Assembly (NCBI RefSeq): GCF_902713615.1
Contig: NC_052155.1
Location: 175,559,828 to 175,623,827 of the forward strand
From: Scyliorhinus canicula
Lineage: Eukaryota
Direction of reading: 5' to 3'
Length of the DNA: 64,000 bases
A model generated the notes under the pieces. The model was not told the origin of the DNA. It searched no databases and worked only from the letters and a program-made list of their open reading frames with translations. Of the stretch, positions 37,695 to 49,626 are shown piece after piece. The stretch's first letter is position 1; each line of letters starts with the position of its first letter. Position numbers and translations under genes: made by a program.

Positions 37695-38277
37695 GGGCGG
37701 CACGGTGGCGCAGTGGTTAGCGCTGCTGCCTCACAGTGCCAAGGACCCGGGTTCAATCCCAGCCCTGGGTCACTGTCCGTGTGGAGTTTGCACATTCTCC
37801 CCGTGTCTGCGTGGGTTTCACCCCCACAACCCAATGATGTGCTGGGTAGGTGGATTGGCCAGGCGAAATTGCCCCTTAATTGGAAAAATAAAAGAAATCA
37901 CGGCGCTGGAACGCTCCTGTTCTCTCGCCGTTATTCCAACCCGAGATCGGGAGGCGGTCTGCGGAGTTTCAGGATCAGTGAGTACAGACACCAGCAAGTA
38001 ACCATGTGACACTTTGTTGAAGCCACACGCATGAGGAGGAACTGAGGGGGCAGCACGGTGGCACAGTGGGTTAGCCCTGCTGCCTCACGGCGCCGAGGTC
38101 CCAGGTTCGATCCCAGCTCTGGGTCACTGTCCGTGTGGAGTATACACATTCTCCCCGTGTCTGCGTGAGTTTTGCCCCCACAACCCAAAGATGTGCAGGG
38201 TAGGTGGATTGGCCATGCTAAATTGCCCCTTAATTGGAAAAAATGAATTGGGTACTCTAAATTTAAAAAAAAAAAAT
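37695..38277 (+). mobile_element. Two short V-SINEs (37695-37895 and 38048-38277; the latter with TSD atgaggaggaactgagg)
   Basis: Heads, A-tails and flanking repeats. Confidence 0.9.
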
Positions 38278-38544
38278 GAGGAGGAACTGAGGGAAACATA
38301 AATGAAGCTGGTCTCGGGGTGTAGCAACAAAGCCAATCTAAACCCCAATCATAGAACCATTGAAAGTACAGCACAGACAGCGACCATTTATCCTACCCCA
38401 GGTCTGCCAATGTACCTAGATTTCCCTTCGCATTTGCCCAGAACTGTGTCAGGGTAGGTGTTCCGCCTGCAAGTGCATCCCCACTCTGACTCCACCCTGA
38501 TTTCTTTCCTCAGTTTTATTTCTGGGTAGGCTTTTAGCATTCAC

Positions 38545-38693
38545 TCTTAAAACGTGCCTCAGGAAACCAGCACTAATGCAACGTGCAGTTGGTTGCCGAA
38601 ACTTAAATGGACAGGTCAGCAACTTCAAAACTGGAAGCAACAGCATTTTCAAACCAGGATATGTCGGATGGTAAATCCCCGGGAGAGGTTTTG
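38545..38693 (-). pseudogene. GluN-like exon 4 (ATD)
   Basis: Strong acceptor ctcttcttccttttgtccag|; SKTSPGDLPSDISWFENAVASSFEV..; 3' end uncertain. Confidence 0.45.
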
Positions 38694-38834
38694 CTGGACA
38701 AAAGGAAGAAGAGGTTATTTAGCACTGAGGGAGGGAAGTCAACAAGGCCATGGTCTCAACGCAGTGGAAGTAGGTGGTCTTGCTGGTCAGTGCTGCCTCC
38801 CACATACCCCACAAAGCATTGAGAAAGCAGTTGG

Positions 38835-39170
38835 GAGTGGCACAGTGGTTAGCACTGCTGCCTCATAGCATCAGGGACCCGGGTTCAATTCCGGCCTTGG
38901 CTGTCTGTGCGGAGTCTGCACGTTCTCCCCGTGTCTGCGTGGGTTTCCTCCGGGTGCTCTGGTTTCCTCCCACAGTCCAAAGATGTGCAAGTTAGGTGGA
39001 TTGGCCATGCTAAATTGGCCCTTAGTGTCAGAGGATGTGCAGATTAGGTGGGGTTATTGGTTTGCAGGGATAGGGCAGGGGAGTGTGCTTGGGTCGGGTG
39101 CTCCTTCGGAGAGTCAGCGCAGACTCGATGGGCCAAATGGCCTCCTCCTGCCCTGTAGAGATTTTATGAT
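38835..39170 (+). mobile_element. HE1-like V-SINE
   Basis: Same head, core and tail. Confidence 0.9.
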
Positions 39171-39658
39171 TTGAAATTTTCAATAACCTCACCAGGCAAG
39201 ACAAGGTAAAGCTGGTAATCATACCATAATATGGGGAGTCATTGTAACCTAACTGACCAGGGAGGAAACCCACAGGATTGTGTGGAATACAGACTTTATA
39301 CCCCATCCAATAATATTGACAACAATGGAGAGTAAAATCCTGCAGGGCGAGAAACCAGTGTTGCAGTTTGCACTTGATCCCGTCAGTTTCCTAACACACA
39401 CCCGAAGTTAAAGTAACCCCCAGTGAAACTGGAGAAGCAAATTTCACATTTGTAACCCCTTGCCCTTGCACTGTTAAACGCTGGCGCTGACTTTCCAGAA
39501 ATTCATACAAGGTACCATGGAACCTCCCACAAACTATGCTATCCCTTGTAATTGTGCCTGCACTCAACTTAACATGAGGTCAAGCTGCAAAATTGTGCAT
39601 GCTGTACATTGTACCTGTATGTTTGCATCCTGCACCTGGTAACAACTCCATAGTGGAA

Positions 39659-39892
39659 GGGCAGCATGGTGGCCTAGTGGTTAGCACAACCGCCTCACGG
39701 CGCTGAGGTCCCAGGTTCGATCCCGGCTCTGGGTCACTGTCCGTGTGGAGTTTGCACATTCTCCCCGTGTTTGTGTGGGTTTCGCCCCCACAACCCAAAA
39801 AGATGTGCAGGATAGGTGGATTGGCTGCGCTAAATTGCCCCCTTAATTGGAAAAAATTAATTGAGTACACTAAATTTATAAACAAAAAAAAT
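39659..39892 (+). mobile_element. Short V-SINE with TSD aactccatagtggaa
   Basis: Flanking direct repeat, A-rich tail. Confidence 0.9.
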
Positions 39893-40024
39893 AACTCCAT
39901 AGTGGAATACTTCCCACTATTTATACTGCAGCCCACATGATGGGCAGCAGAAAATCTTCACGTCAGGCACTTCTTAAAAGTAGAATAAGATCCGACACCA
40001 GTGGCGAAACCTTCAACTGCTCAC

Positions 40025-40120
40025 CTGTAATAGGGGAGGGAACTCTTCAACTCCAGCAACGCAGGGAAAGACCAGTTGTCGATTCACCTTATGATGAATT
40101 TTCCCATGCCTCTGAAGCAC
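40025..40120 (-). pseudogene. GluN-like exon 3 (ATD, reading frame uncertain)
   Basis: 96 nt between cagcag| and a strong donor cag|gtgagc, in unique sequence. Confidence 0.45.
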
Positions 40121-40401
40121 CTGCTGTGCACAAATAAGTGGCATTGCCATAAAAGTGAATGCTTGAGGTTATATCTTGCACCGAATGCACTGTAGATGTT
40201 TGCTGTTCATCCTCCCCAGCATATCTTTCATCCGCCCCAGCGTATCTTTCTTCATTTTGTACCTTCCTAAGTGTTCTGCATTAACCAAGAGAGGAAGAAC
40301 AGCAGGAGAATGCTGGTCTTTCTGCTTGAGGGCAACCCCAACTCCTCAGTACAAACTGCACCATTCAGTCACTTCCTCCCAAACACCAACTCAAGGGAAT
40401 C

Positions 40402-41210
40402 ATTGAATCCCTACTGTGCAGAAGGAAGCCATTCGGCCCATCGTGTCTGCACCGGCCTTTGGAAAGAGCACCTTACTTAAGCCCACTTCTCCACCCCATC
40501 CCAGTAACCCAAAACCCCACCCAACCTTTTGGACACAAAGGGGCAACTTAGCATGGCCAATCCACCTAACCTACACATCTTTGGACAGTGGGAGGAAACC
40601 GGAGCACCCGGAGGAAATCCATGCAGACACGGGGAGAACGTGCAAACTCCGCACAGACAGCCACCTGAGGCCGGAATTGAACCCGGGACCCTGGAAAATC
40701 CCATGTGGGCCGGAAGCTCGTAACCGTCCTTTGTATTTGTTTTTTTTTCTTTTGATTTTGAAGGCTCTTAATTTCAATCAAACTTCTCCCTCAAGACTTT
40801 CTTGTTTTAGGCTCAGAGGTCAGTCCTCAAAATACCCTTGGAAATACATGTCTGGAGGACCCTGTGCTCGGAGAGATCTCCGTAGAATGTCCTGGAGCTA
40901 TCAGGACGGTATGGTGGCACAGCGGTTAGCATTACTGCCTCAACAGTGCCGGGTGCAATTCCGGCATTTGGTGTGGACTCTGCACATTCTCCATGTCTGC
41001 GTGGGTTTCCTCCGGGTGCTCTGGTTTCCTCCCACAAGCCAAAAATGTGCAGGTTAGATGGATTGGTCATGCAAAATTGCCCCTTAGTGTCCAAAAGGTT
41101 AGGTGGGGTTACTGAGTTATGGGGATAAGGTGGGGCTGCCTAGGTAGGGTGCTCTTTTGAAGGGTTGGTGCAGACTCGATGGGCCGAATGGTCTCATTCT
41201 GCACTGTAGC
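40402..41210. mobile_element. Two divergently oriented HE1-like V-SINEs (40402-40693 minus; 40908-41210 plus)
   Basis: Sequence matches. Confidence 0.88.
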
Positions 41211-41260
41211 GTAGTAGCGATTCTACCAGTCACTGCAGGGTAGAATGAATTGGTAAATAC

Positions 41261-41559
41261 CTTTCTCAGGTAGTACCACAAAATTGGGTTTGGGACTCTA
41301 ACATCCTTAGCAGCACCTTGATATTGCCTGATGTTCTCGCCCCTGACATCATCATCTGAATGATGAACAATTGAGGTGTTATGTCTCTTCAGCCTTCAGT
41401 CAGGAAAATACCTTTCCAGTCCAATGCCTCATTCATTAGCTTCCCAATGAACCCCATATCACCCAATCCCTCTTCCAGACTATCTGCATCACCCTGAATT
41501 AAATCATCAATGCTGATTCATTGACGTGATTTGGGGGTCGTGATGAAACGTGCCAATAT
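41261..41559 (-). pseudogene. GluN-like exon 2 (ATD)
   Basis: Acceptor ctcccagcag|, phase 0 matching exon 1: ILARFITTPKSRQ*ISIDDLIQGD...LMNEALDWKGIFLTEG*RDITPQ...IKVLLRMLES; donor aag|gtattt. Confidence 0.6.
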
Positions 41560-42275
41560 CTGCTGGGAGAGCCACATGCTAAAGATTCTGCCAATTGTTC
41601 TATTCTCTCTCTCTCTCTCTTTCCGCAGCATCTTCAATGCTTCTGGCTTTGGTGGAGATAAGAAAAATGGGAATTGTAATGAGTTTCCTGCCTTCTACGT
41701 TTTCCTTCCTGTTGGACTCTTGTTAGTGTCTCCCCCGGGATTGAGACGTAACAAAGAGAAACCGTGTCAGATTTTTGGCCATTGGTCAATGCACACACCC
41801 TCCCACGGCTCCATCCTTACAGCCCCGGCTGAGTGAGTTCCCAGGATTGACTATGCCTCCTTCCCTTGGGTGTCGTATCTACTTAGTTTAAGCCGTCCCT
41901 TTGCAGAGTTGACGACTAAGTCCTGCGGATCATTTAGGACACAGAGTGAAACCCTCAGCTTTGTGATTCACACTTTCAGAGTAAATACAGGTTTACTGAA
42001 AAGAGCAAAATATCCATTACTGACACTTTTCAGCTATTACATTATCTTTACTGACCTGGTGAGGCCATAATTGCCCTGGTGTTGGATAGATTCTATTCAC
42101 TAAATGTACCATTCTGTTGCTGTACTCCAAGCTTGCTTGCTACTCATTCCTAGTTCTCCATTTCACCCACCATCATCCCCCCCAGCCCCCACACCCCATG
42201 CTTACATTTCAGTCAGAACTATGTAGATGTTAGTCTCCATCGAATAGAGCAGCTTCTCTTCTCCCAAGTTCCTTG

Positions 42276-42609
42276 TGTAGTGATCTGTACAGTATCTGTA
42301 CATACATCTGCACATACACGAGGGACTGCAGCACAGATGTAACTGCCACAGCATCACTAGTGGGCAGCATCAGAGACGGGTATAAAGGGTCCAGCCCAAG
42401 GGAGGAGCCGCCTCTTTCAAAAGCACAGGGCTAGTGAGCAGCAGCAGACAGAGACAGCTCAGCATAGGCAGCTTACCTTAGCTTGACTGGTCACAACTCT
42501 TGACTGTATTATATCTAGTTAAGCTCTGGAAACAGAACGAACCCACTGAATAAAGTATTTGTTTTAACTGGAAGTCTACAATCTTTATTCAGACTTAGAG
42601 AATAACATA
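42276..42609 (+). mobile_element. Solo LTR with 5-bp TSD CCTTG
   Basis: TGTAG start, TATAAA, AATAAA, perfect CCTTG flanks. Confidence 0.8.
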
Positions 42610-42779
42610 CCTTGCACTAATCGCACTGGGGCCTTTTCAGGAGGGGGGGGGGTCACTATTAGGTTCTCCTGAGGCAGGTAAACTGGAGCAGAATGTGTGC
42701 CCGGGCAGGGGTGTCCTGGCAACGGAGGTGGTGGGGTGGTCGACAGCAAGGACAAGCCCCCTCCTCTCAACTTGCTCTT

Positions 42780-43200
42780 CCCAATGACATATCACTTTGA
42801 GCGAGCAAGAAGGGGAGGTCCGGCAGCTCATGGAATTTTCTGTTCATCTCAAGGGGACTTGAGGAGAAAGTTGTGCTCCAGTTGCATCGAGTCTTGGCCA
42901 GATCACATCTGCAGCACTGTGTTCAGTTTCGAGTCCCACGGATTAGAAAGATTGCAAATTGACCAGGATGACACTACGTGAGGGCAAGCTGCAAATACTT
43001 GGCCTGTCTTCCCTTAGGCTTAGAAAGCCGAAGGGTGATCTCGTTGAGATCATTCACATTTTAAAGGGATTTGAGAGGGTAGATACACGACAATGCTTTC
43101 CTCTGAAGGCAGGATTCCAGAACAATCTTTAAATTAGAGTGAGGCCACTCTAGGGTTGAATAAGGATGCAGTTTGTTCCACACAGAGGGTAGTGTAAATC
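42780..43200 (+). mobile_element. Degenerate CR1 ORF2 fragment
   Basis: L.RP.L.Y.VQF..P and F.L..R.L.GDL-like remnants. Confidence 0.65.
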
Positions 43201-43227
43201 AGGGATTCCTGCCCCCAAACATCTGTG

Positions 43228-43762
43228 GGTGGAATTCAACATGGCTGGAGGGTGGTTCCGGACTCCGCAACAAAATCTGGTGGCACTCACCCGCCGGCCT
43301 GATACCCCAATGTAATAAAACGCCTAATTGGCAGTGAGAACCTGGGACATTTAATTGTGGCACTGCTGTGTCTGGGCGGATGTCCTGCCCTGAGAGCTGC
43401 CAGCCAATCAGAGGAACTCCAGCAGCGCCACCAGAAGTGGTGGCCACTGTCAGTATTGCATCCGGGCCTTCACAGAGGATCACCGTTCAATACTCCTGAG
43501 CCAGATAAATGGAGCAGGACGGGGGGTCCCGGGTAGAGGCGTGCTGGAAAAGGGTTGGTCGACAGAAAGGACATAAAGGTTGTTTCCTACGAGCCCCTCC
43601 CCCCCCCCCTCCCCAGTTCCCAACGTCAGCTCCCTCAAGCAAGCACAGAGTGCCTGAGAACATGGGGTCCCTCTAGGAGACTACAGGGCAGAGCTGAAAG
43701 AATTTGCTGTGTGGTCTTCAGCGATAGCGAGTCTCAGGCTCACCACAAGTAGAATTCCAGCG
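43228..43762. mobile_element. Old Harbinger-like MITE
   Basis: Ends gggtggaattc...gaattccagc. Confidence 0.45.
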
Positions 43763-44215
43763 CAATCCCGTGATTGAAAACACTCAGCTGATTTTCCCTC
43801 AGGGAGTCCAGCCTATCAAGCTAACCTTTGTGTCCTTTTGGTGCTTTGGGTCACCGTGGTTTTAACTGGGCAATAAACGTGCCCCCTGCTGCCGGCGATG
43901 CAGGGGAATTGCACAAACTCCCCCTGTCCAGAGTCTCCACCCCTTATTGTACAAGGTCCCTATGGTCAGGCTGATATCGGGCCTATGCAGACCCAGGCCC
44001 ATTTTACCAACCCTTCCAGCGCACTCCCATTCGAATGTATGTGAGATACCTTTAAGTTTTATTTATTTAAGCGGTGATTCACCATTGCATGTTTTTTTTT
44101 TAAAAGCAAGTGCTGGGTGGAAGTTTCTGAGCCCTGCAATTTGTTTATGTAACACTACCATATCAGCAAGGCTGAATGGACAGTATTTTCAGAAGGAACT
44201 GCAAACCACATTTAC

Positions 44216-44536
44216 TTGATTTCAGCAGTTCTCGGAGGGACATGAGCAGGGTGGAGCTCCCAGCGACAAGGAAACAGTCTTTTGGATATCGTCTTCTAAT
44301 CTTAGGTGGTGGAAGATGTTTGCTGAAACGTACCCTGGGCTAAATCTGGTCACATTAAGCAATCTCAGCTTTTGCATGCAACATTCTTTGGCAGGCACCC
44401 AGCATTGTCTGTAAAGCTTCAATAGCACTGATTCTGCGTAATCCTCTACTGATCCACAGGTTACGCAAGACACACACATCAGACCCAACAACAAACTCAA
44501 CAAAAAGTTTCAGCTCTTCAAACTCAGCTGAACCAT
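44216..44536 (-). pseudogene. GluN-like exon 1 (signal peptide and ATD start)
   Basis: 321 nt, ATG at 44536: MVQLSLKS*NFLLSLLLGLMCVSCVTCGSVEDYAESVLLKLYRQCW...CSCPSENC*NQ, donor caa|gtaaat, phase 0. TGA stops at 44510-44512 and 44222-44224. Confidence 0.65.
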
Positions 44537-44671
44537 TTTACGCCTGCTTTTCCTTTTTGCACAGTTTCAAAATGTAAGCGCCATTCATTTTCTTGATTGC
44601 TCAAAAGGACTGAACCCCAACTTTGATGCGCTGTGAGGACGCACGCGTGGCAGCATGGGAGGGGGACACCT

Positions 44672-44993
44672 AGAACATAGAACATAGAACAGGCCCTTCG
44701 GCCCTCAATGTTGTGCCGAGCCATGATCACCCTACTCAAACCCACGTATCCACCCTATACCCATAACCCAACAACCCCCCCCCCCTTAACCTTACTTTTA
44801 TTAGGACACTACGGGCAATTTATCACGGCCAATCCACCTAACCCGCACATCTTTGGACTGTGGGAGGAAACCGGAGCACACACGGGGAGGACGTGCAGAC
44901 TCCACACAGACAGTGACCCAAGCCGGGAATCGAACCTGGGACCCTGGAGCTGTGAAGCATTTATGCTAACCACCATGCTACCCTGCTGCCCCC
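44672..44993 (-). mobile_element. V-SINE with alternative CR1-type tail (tagaaca)n
   Basis: Reverse-complement match. Confidence 0.88.
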
Positions 44994-45449
44994 CAGGGTA
45001 ATTGACACGGGCTGGCAGGCAGCTGCCCACTATGAGCAGGTGACCCCCCCCCCCCCCCCCCCCAGCCGGGTGACACCCCATCTCCCCATCACTGTCCCAC
45101 CCCATCCTCCCCCATCACTGTCCCACCCCATCCTGCTCTAAGATGCCAGGATCTCTAGCCTGTTAGTTCCAAGGAGATATTAAGACCAAAGCACCAATCA
45201 TACTGATCACACCCTCCGCTGTGCATAACCATTCATTTCAATGTACAATACCAGTAAATGTTTTTGCATGGCAGCTCTGTGACCGAATATGTATGCAACG
45301 TTAAATGCACCGATGCCTGAACAAACATAGGGCTTAGAGTTGCTGCACATCCACGTACAACCACATCTTCAGGGAAGTATTGATCAAAGATGCATAAAAC
45401 ACCTGAGATTGGTCTCAAATGCCTCATTTTGTAAGGGAGGGGTCATTAA

Positions 45450-45451
<2 letters not shown>

Positions 45452-45482
<31 letters not shown>
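45452..45482 (+). repeat. (CA)n microsatellite
   Basis: Visible. Confidence 0.95.
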
Positions 45483-45485
<3 letters not shown>

Positions 45486-46108
45486 TAAGTTGGCTGTCAG
45501 TCTTTGGTGCTTAGTCCTTGGCCTGGACACTTATTGTGTTTCTGTTGCACCCATGATGAAGCAGCGTCTTTGCATTTGAGATACTAACTCTCAGGTTTCG
45601 GCCTGTGAAGTCAGGGATACGGGATTTCCCCGGGTAGGGAGCTCTCTCTGAGACAGGCACCCCTATAAGGGACAGACAGGCTGGCACGATCCCAATCCGT
45701 TTCCAGCCCTCTCTCCATCCTTCAGCCTGAGTTGTCAGGGGTTGTGTTCGAAGGCCATGGAATTTTGGCCATGTTTGTGTGCCTTTCCTTGAACAATTTA
45801 CCCAGCCCGTTCGCCTCCTGAGCATTTGCTGGGCTAGAAGCTCACAGGTACCAGTCGCCATCTAGTCATTCCCCCGACTGGTGATCAGACTTTGAGTGCT
45901 GGCCGGAATCTCGACCATGGGACTTCCGGTGGAGGCACGTAATGGAGGTTGCACGTTAGATGGCTCCTGCTAGAATCTCTGGATCTTGGACTTTTATGCC
46001 CGGTTTCAGGGGTAGTTTGTGAAGCAGTTGGTGTGGGAAGTTATAAGGAAGGTATGAAATGTCGAAGACCCAGAAGTAGGGTGCTGAAAAGAAGGGGGGG
46101 AGCAAATG

Positions 46109-47440
46109 TTGGATTGGATTTGTTTATTGTCACGTGTACCGAGCCACAGTGAAAAATAATTTTCTGCGAGCAGCTCAACCGATCATTAAGTACTTGGGAA
46201 GAAAAGGGAATAAAAGAAAATACATAGTAGGGCAACACAAGATATACAATATAACTACATAGGCACTGGCATTGGATGAAGCATACAGGGTGTAGTGTTA
46301 ATGAGGTCAGTCCATAAGAGGGTCATTTAGGAGTCTGGTGACAGTGGGGAAGAAGCTGTTGTTGAGTCTGTTCGTGCGTGTTCTCAGACTTCTGTATCTC
46401 CTGCCCAATGGAAGAGGTTGGAAGAGTGAGTAAGCCGGGTGGGAGGGATCTTTGATTATGCTGCCCGCTTTCCCCAGGCAGCAGGAGGTGTAGATGGAGT
46501 CAATGGATGGGAGGCAGGTTTGTGTGATAGACTGAACTGTATTCACGACTCTCTGAAGTTTCTTGCGGTCCTGGGCCGAGCAGTTGCCATACCAGGCTGT
46601 GATGCAGCCCGATAGAATGCTTTCTATGGTGCTACTGTAAAAGTTGGTAAGGGTTAATGTGGACATGCCGAATTTCCTTAGTTTCCTGAGGAAGTATAGG
46701 CGCTGCTGTGCTTTCTTGGTGGTAGCGTCGACGTGAGTGGACCAGGATAGATTTTTGGAGATGTGCACCCCTAGGAATTTGAAACTGCTAACCATCTCCA
46801 CCTCAGCCCCATTGATGCTGATAGGGGTGTGTACAGTACTTTGCTTCCTGAAGTCAATGACCAGTTCTTTAGTTTTGCTGGCATTGAGGGAGAGATTGTT
46901 GTCGCTACACCACTCCACTAGGTTCTCTATCTCCCTCCTGTATTCTGACTCATTGTTATTCGAGATCCGTCCCACTATGGTCGTATCATCAGCAAACTTG
47001 CAGATGGAGTTGGCAACAAGTTTTGCCACACAGTCGTGTGTGTACAGGGAGTAGAGTAGGGGGCTAAGTACGCATCCTTGCGGGGCCCAGGTATTGAGGA
47101 CTATTGTGGAGGAAGTGTTGTTGTTCATTCTACTGATTGTGGTCTGTTGGTCAGAAAATCGAGGATCCAGTTGCAGAGTGAGGAGCCAAGTCCTAGGTTT
47201 TGGAGCTTTGATATGAGCTTGGCTGGGATTATGGTGTTGAAGGTGGAGCTGTAGTCAATAAATAGAAGTCTGATGTAGGAGTCCTTATTTTCGAGATGCT
47301 CTGGGGATGAGTGCAGGGCCAGGGAAATGGCACGTGATGTGGAACGGTTTGCGAATTGCAGTGGATCAAGGCGTTCTGGGAGTATGGAGGTGATGCGCTT
47401 CATGATCAACCTCTCGAAGCACTTCATTACGACTGAAGTC
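46109..47440 (-). mobile_element. Rex1/Babar-clade LINE, 5'-truncated RT
   Basis: [63 protein letters not shown]; tail gtgacaataaa(caaat/ccaat)n. Confidence 0.92.
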
Positions 47441-47779
47441 CGTCGAGTGAGTCTGTGAGTTCTGCAAGAAGGATGATGGTGGGGGTTGGGCTGACAGGTG
47501 GGGCCGGTTCCACCATGGTGGGAACTCTGACCGAGATGATGTCGGGGGAGTTCGAGAGGCTGTTTGCCAAGCATATGGAGGGAGATGATGGCTGCGATGA
47601 AAGAGTGGGTGGAGGAGGCGATTGCCCTGGTAAAGGCAGCAGCGATGAAGACGTTGGTCGAGATGCGGGATCAAGGAAAGAAGTTGAAGGGGGTGGCGGA
47701 GACATTGTTGAAACACAGCGACCAGTTCACCTCGATGGGTGAGGAGCTGTGGAGGGTGGCAGAGGCGAACAAGGGGTCA

Positions 47780-47998
47780 GAGCTAAGGTGGAGGACCTGG
47801 CTGCCTCACGGCGCTGAGGTCCCAGGTTCGATCCCGGCTGTGGGTCACTGTCCGTGTGGAGTTTGTACATTCTCCCTGTGTCTGCGTGGGTTTCGCCCCC
47901 ACAACCCAAAGATGTGCACATTAGGTGGATTGGCTACGCTAAATTGCCCCTTAATTGGAGAATAAAAATATTTGGGTACTCTAAATTAATTTTTTTAA
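47780..47998 (+). mobile_element. Short V-SINE inside L1 ORF1
   Basis: Flanks aaggtggaggac duplicated. Confidence 0.85.
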
Positions 47999-49013
47999 TT
48001 TACATGTGTTTTAAAAGGTGGAGGACATGGAGAACAGGTCTAGGAGGCAAAATCTGAGACTCGTGGGCCTGCCTGAGGGGGTGGAGGGCACGGGTCCGAC
48101 CGGGTATTTTGCAAAGATGTTTGCGGAGTTGATGGGAGAGGGAGAAGAAACCTCCCACTACGAGTTGAAAAGGGCACATCAATCGCTCAGGCCGAAGCCT
48201 AAAGCAAATGAGCCACCAAGGGTGGTTATAGTCTGCTTTCACAGATTCCATGTGAAGGAGAAGATCTTGAGCTGGGCGAAGCAGAGACAAGAGGTGAAGT
48301 GGGAAGGCGTTGGAATGCGAATAGATCAAGACCTGACAGCAGAGCTGGCAAGAAGGCCGGTGGCCTTTGAATGGGTAAAGGCTGCATTGGATAGCAGTTG
48401 AGTGAGATTTGGTCTACCCTGCAGAGTTGAGAGTGGCACACAACTCGAGGGAGTTTTATTTTGAGAGGGTGGAGGAGGCGGAGGTGTTCGTTAAGGCTGA
48501 AGGACTGGGACTGAGGTGAGAGTTGGGATTTGGACTTGATTGATGGGGACGCATATGGTGTTTCACTCAGGGAGGGTTTTCTATTTGATTGGAGCTTTGG
48601 TTTTCTGTCTCTTGAATGGGGGGGGTTTTGTTTCGATTTGTTTCCATGTGTTCTGGGTTGATACCTATTTTCCGTTTTGTATGGTTCTTTAATATGAGGG
48701 GGGTGGGGATTTGTTGGGCTGGGTTACTGAGGAGGATGTTGAAGGGGGGGGGGTGCCCTGGCAGGGGTCATTGCACTAGCAAGCGAAGGTTGGCTAGTGA
48801 ATGGGAGTGTGGTGGGGGGGGGGGGGGGGGCATGGTCATGGAGTCTGGTCGAGCAGGTTTCACTGGACCTGGGGAGGTGTGAATGGTGGGGGGGAGGGGA
48901 TCGATACTGGGTGAGGTGTTTGTAAGAGGAAGTGGAAGGAGGGATTCTGGGAGGGGGGATGGGTTTGGCTGTAACAAACGGGTCGGGCGGGTCTGACTGG
49001 AGGGGCAGGGCCC

Positions 49014-49626
49014 TGATGTGTTATCTGTGTTGGTCTAACGTCGACTGCAACTGGATGCAGTAAAACGAGAAACAGGCTTCCGACACAGGAGATGGTCCAA
49101 CACTGTTTTATTGAACCTGTTGATTGCTGTACATAATCTGCTGTGGGTTGACACTCTATTAACCTAACTGATAACCTCCTACTGGCTTGACCAGACTAGC
49201 TCTCTACCACATGGTGATGATGTTCATTGGCCTGTGCACTGCGACTATCTCCCTGGCCGTGTCCTGTGAGAGAGGGAGAGCCTTAATGCCCTGTGGGCTT
49301 TATAGTGGTGATGTCCTGTCTGGTGATTGGTTGTTCTGTGTCATGTGTGTTCATTGGTTATCCTGTGTGTCAATCACTGCCTGTCTGCAGTCTGCGTCCT
49401 GGGGCTGGTTTAGCACAGAGCTAAAGAGCTGGCTTTGAAAGCAGACCAAGGCAGGCCAGCAGCACGGTTCAATTCCTGAACCAGCCTCCCCGAACAGGCG
49501 CCGGAATGTGGCGACTAGGGGCTTTTCACAGTAACTTCATTTGAAGCCTACTTGTGACAATAAGCGATTTTCATTTCATTTTCATTTCATTTCATTTCAT
49601 GATATACATGAGTGGATATGATGACA
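49014..49626 (-). mobile_element. Solo LTR (inverted copy of the 29906 family) with a SINE insertion
   Basis: Reverse complement of 29906-30307; flanks ggccc/gaccc. Confidence 0.9.
49395..49600 (+). mobile_element. tRNA-derived SINE with (TTTCA)n tail; tail fragments also at 25210-25320, 25518-25580 and 61822-61930 (minus)
   Basis: A/B boxes; tail gaatgtggcgactaggggcttttcacagtaacttcat recurs in the window. Confidence 0.8.

Larger units (their letters stand above)
22359..44536 (-). pseudogene. Decayed multi-exon NMDA-receptor-like (GluN/GRIN-type) ionotropic glutamate receptor gene, about 15 exons
   Basis: Non-repeat islands bounded by AG/GT signals on the minus strand give, in order: signal peptide; ATD-like segments; IRVL..EP; Cys loop CPTSVC..ACCF; S(W)TGIMGG; M1 GPSDSKL(W)QAIYLSVVGLVILLLCKE; M2/M3 ..PSLEVLRSVGYNWA..YTDNLAIV; NYGYVKSS; LKEHISIAI; RC..P; SMAGI..MTLYLIIFQE. 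Many in-frame stops and frameshifts; two TE insertions inside exons. Confidence 0.8.

Noticed and set aside
38560-40137. Plus-strand spliced ORF (MDRSATSK..|AHMMGSRK..), and plus-strand frames at 32257-32421 and 23090-23172
   Set aside because: They overlap the minus-strand GluN-like exons and are better explained as antisense shadows; no family motif.
41261-44536. Selenoprotein or TGA-readthrough interpretation
   Set aside because: Downstream exons contain TAA/TAG stops, frameshifts and TE insertions; one TGA lies in the signal peptide; no SECIS identified.
46307-47128. 273-aa RT ORF as a domesticated gene or retron
   Set aside because: 5'-truncated, frameshifted Rex/Babar LINE with its normal 3' tail.
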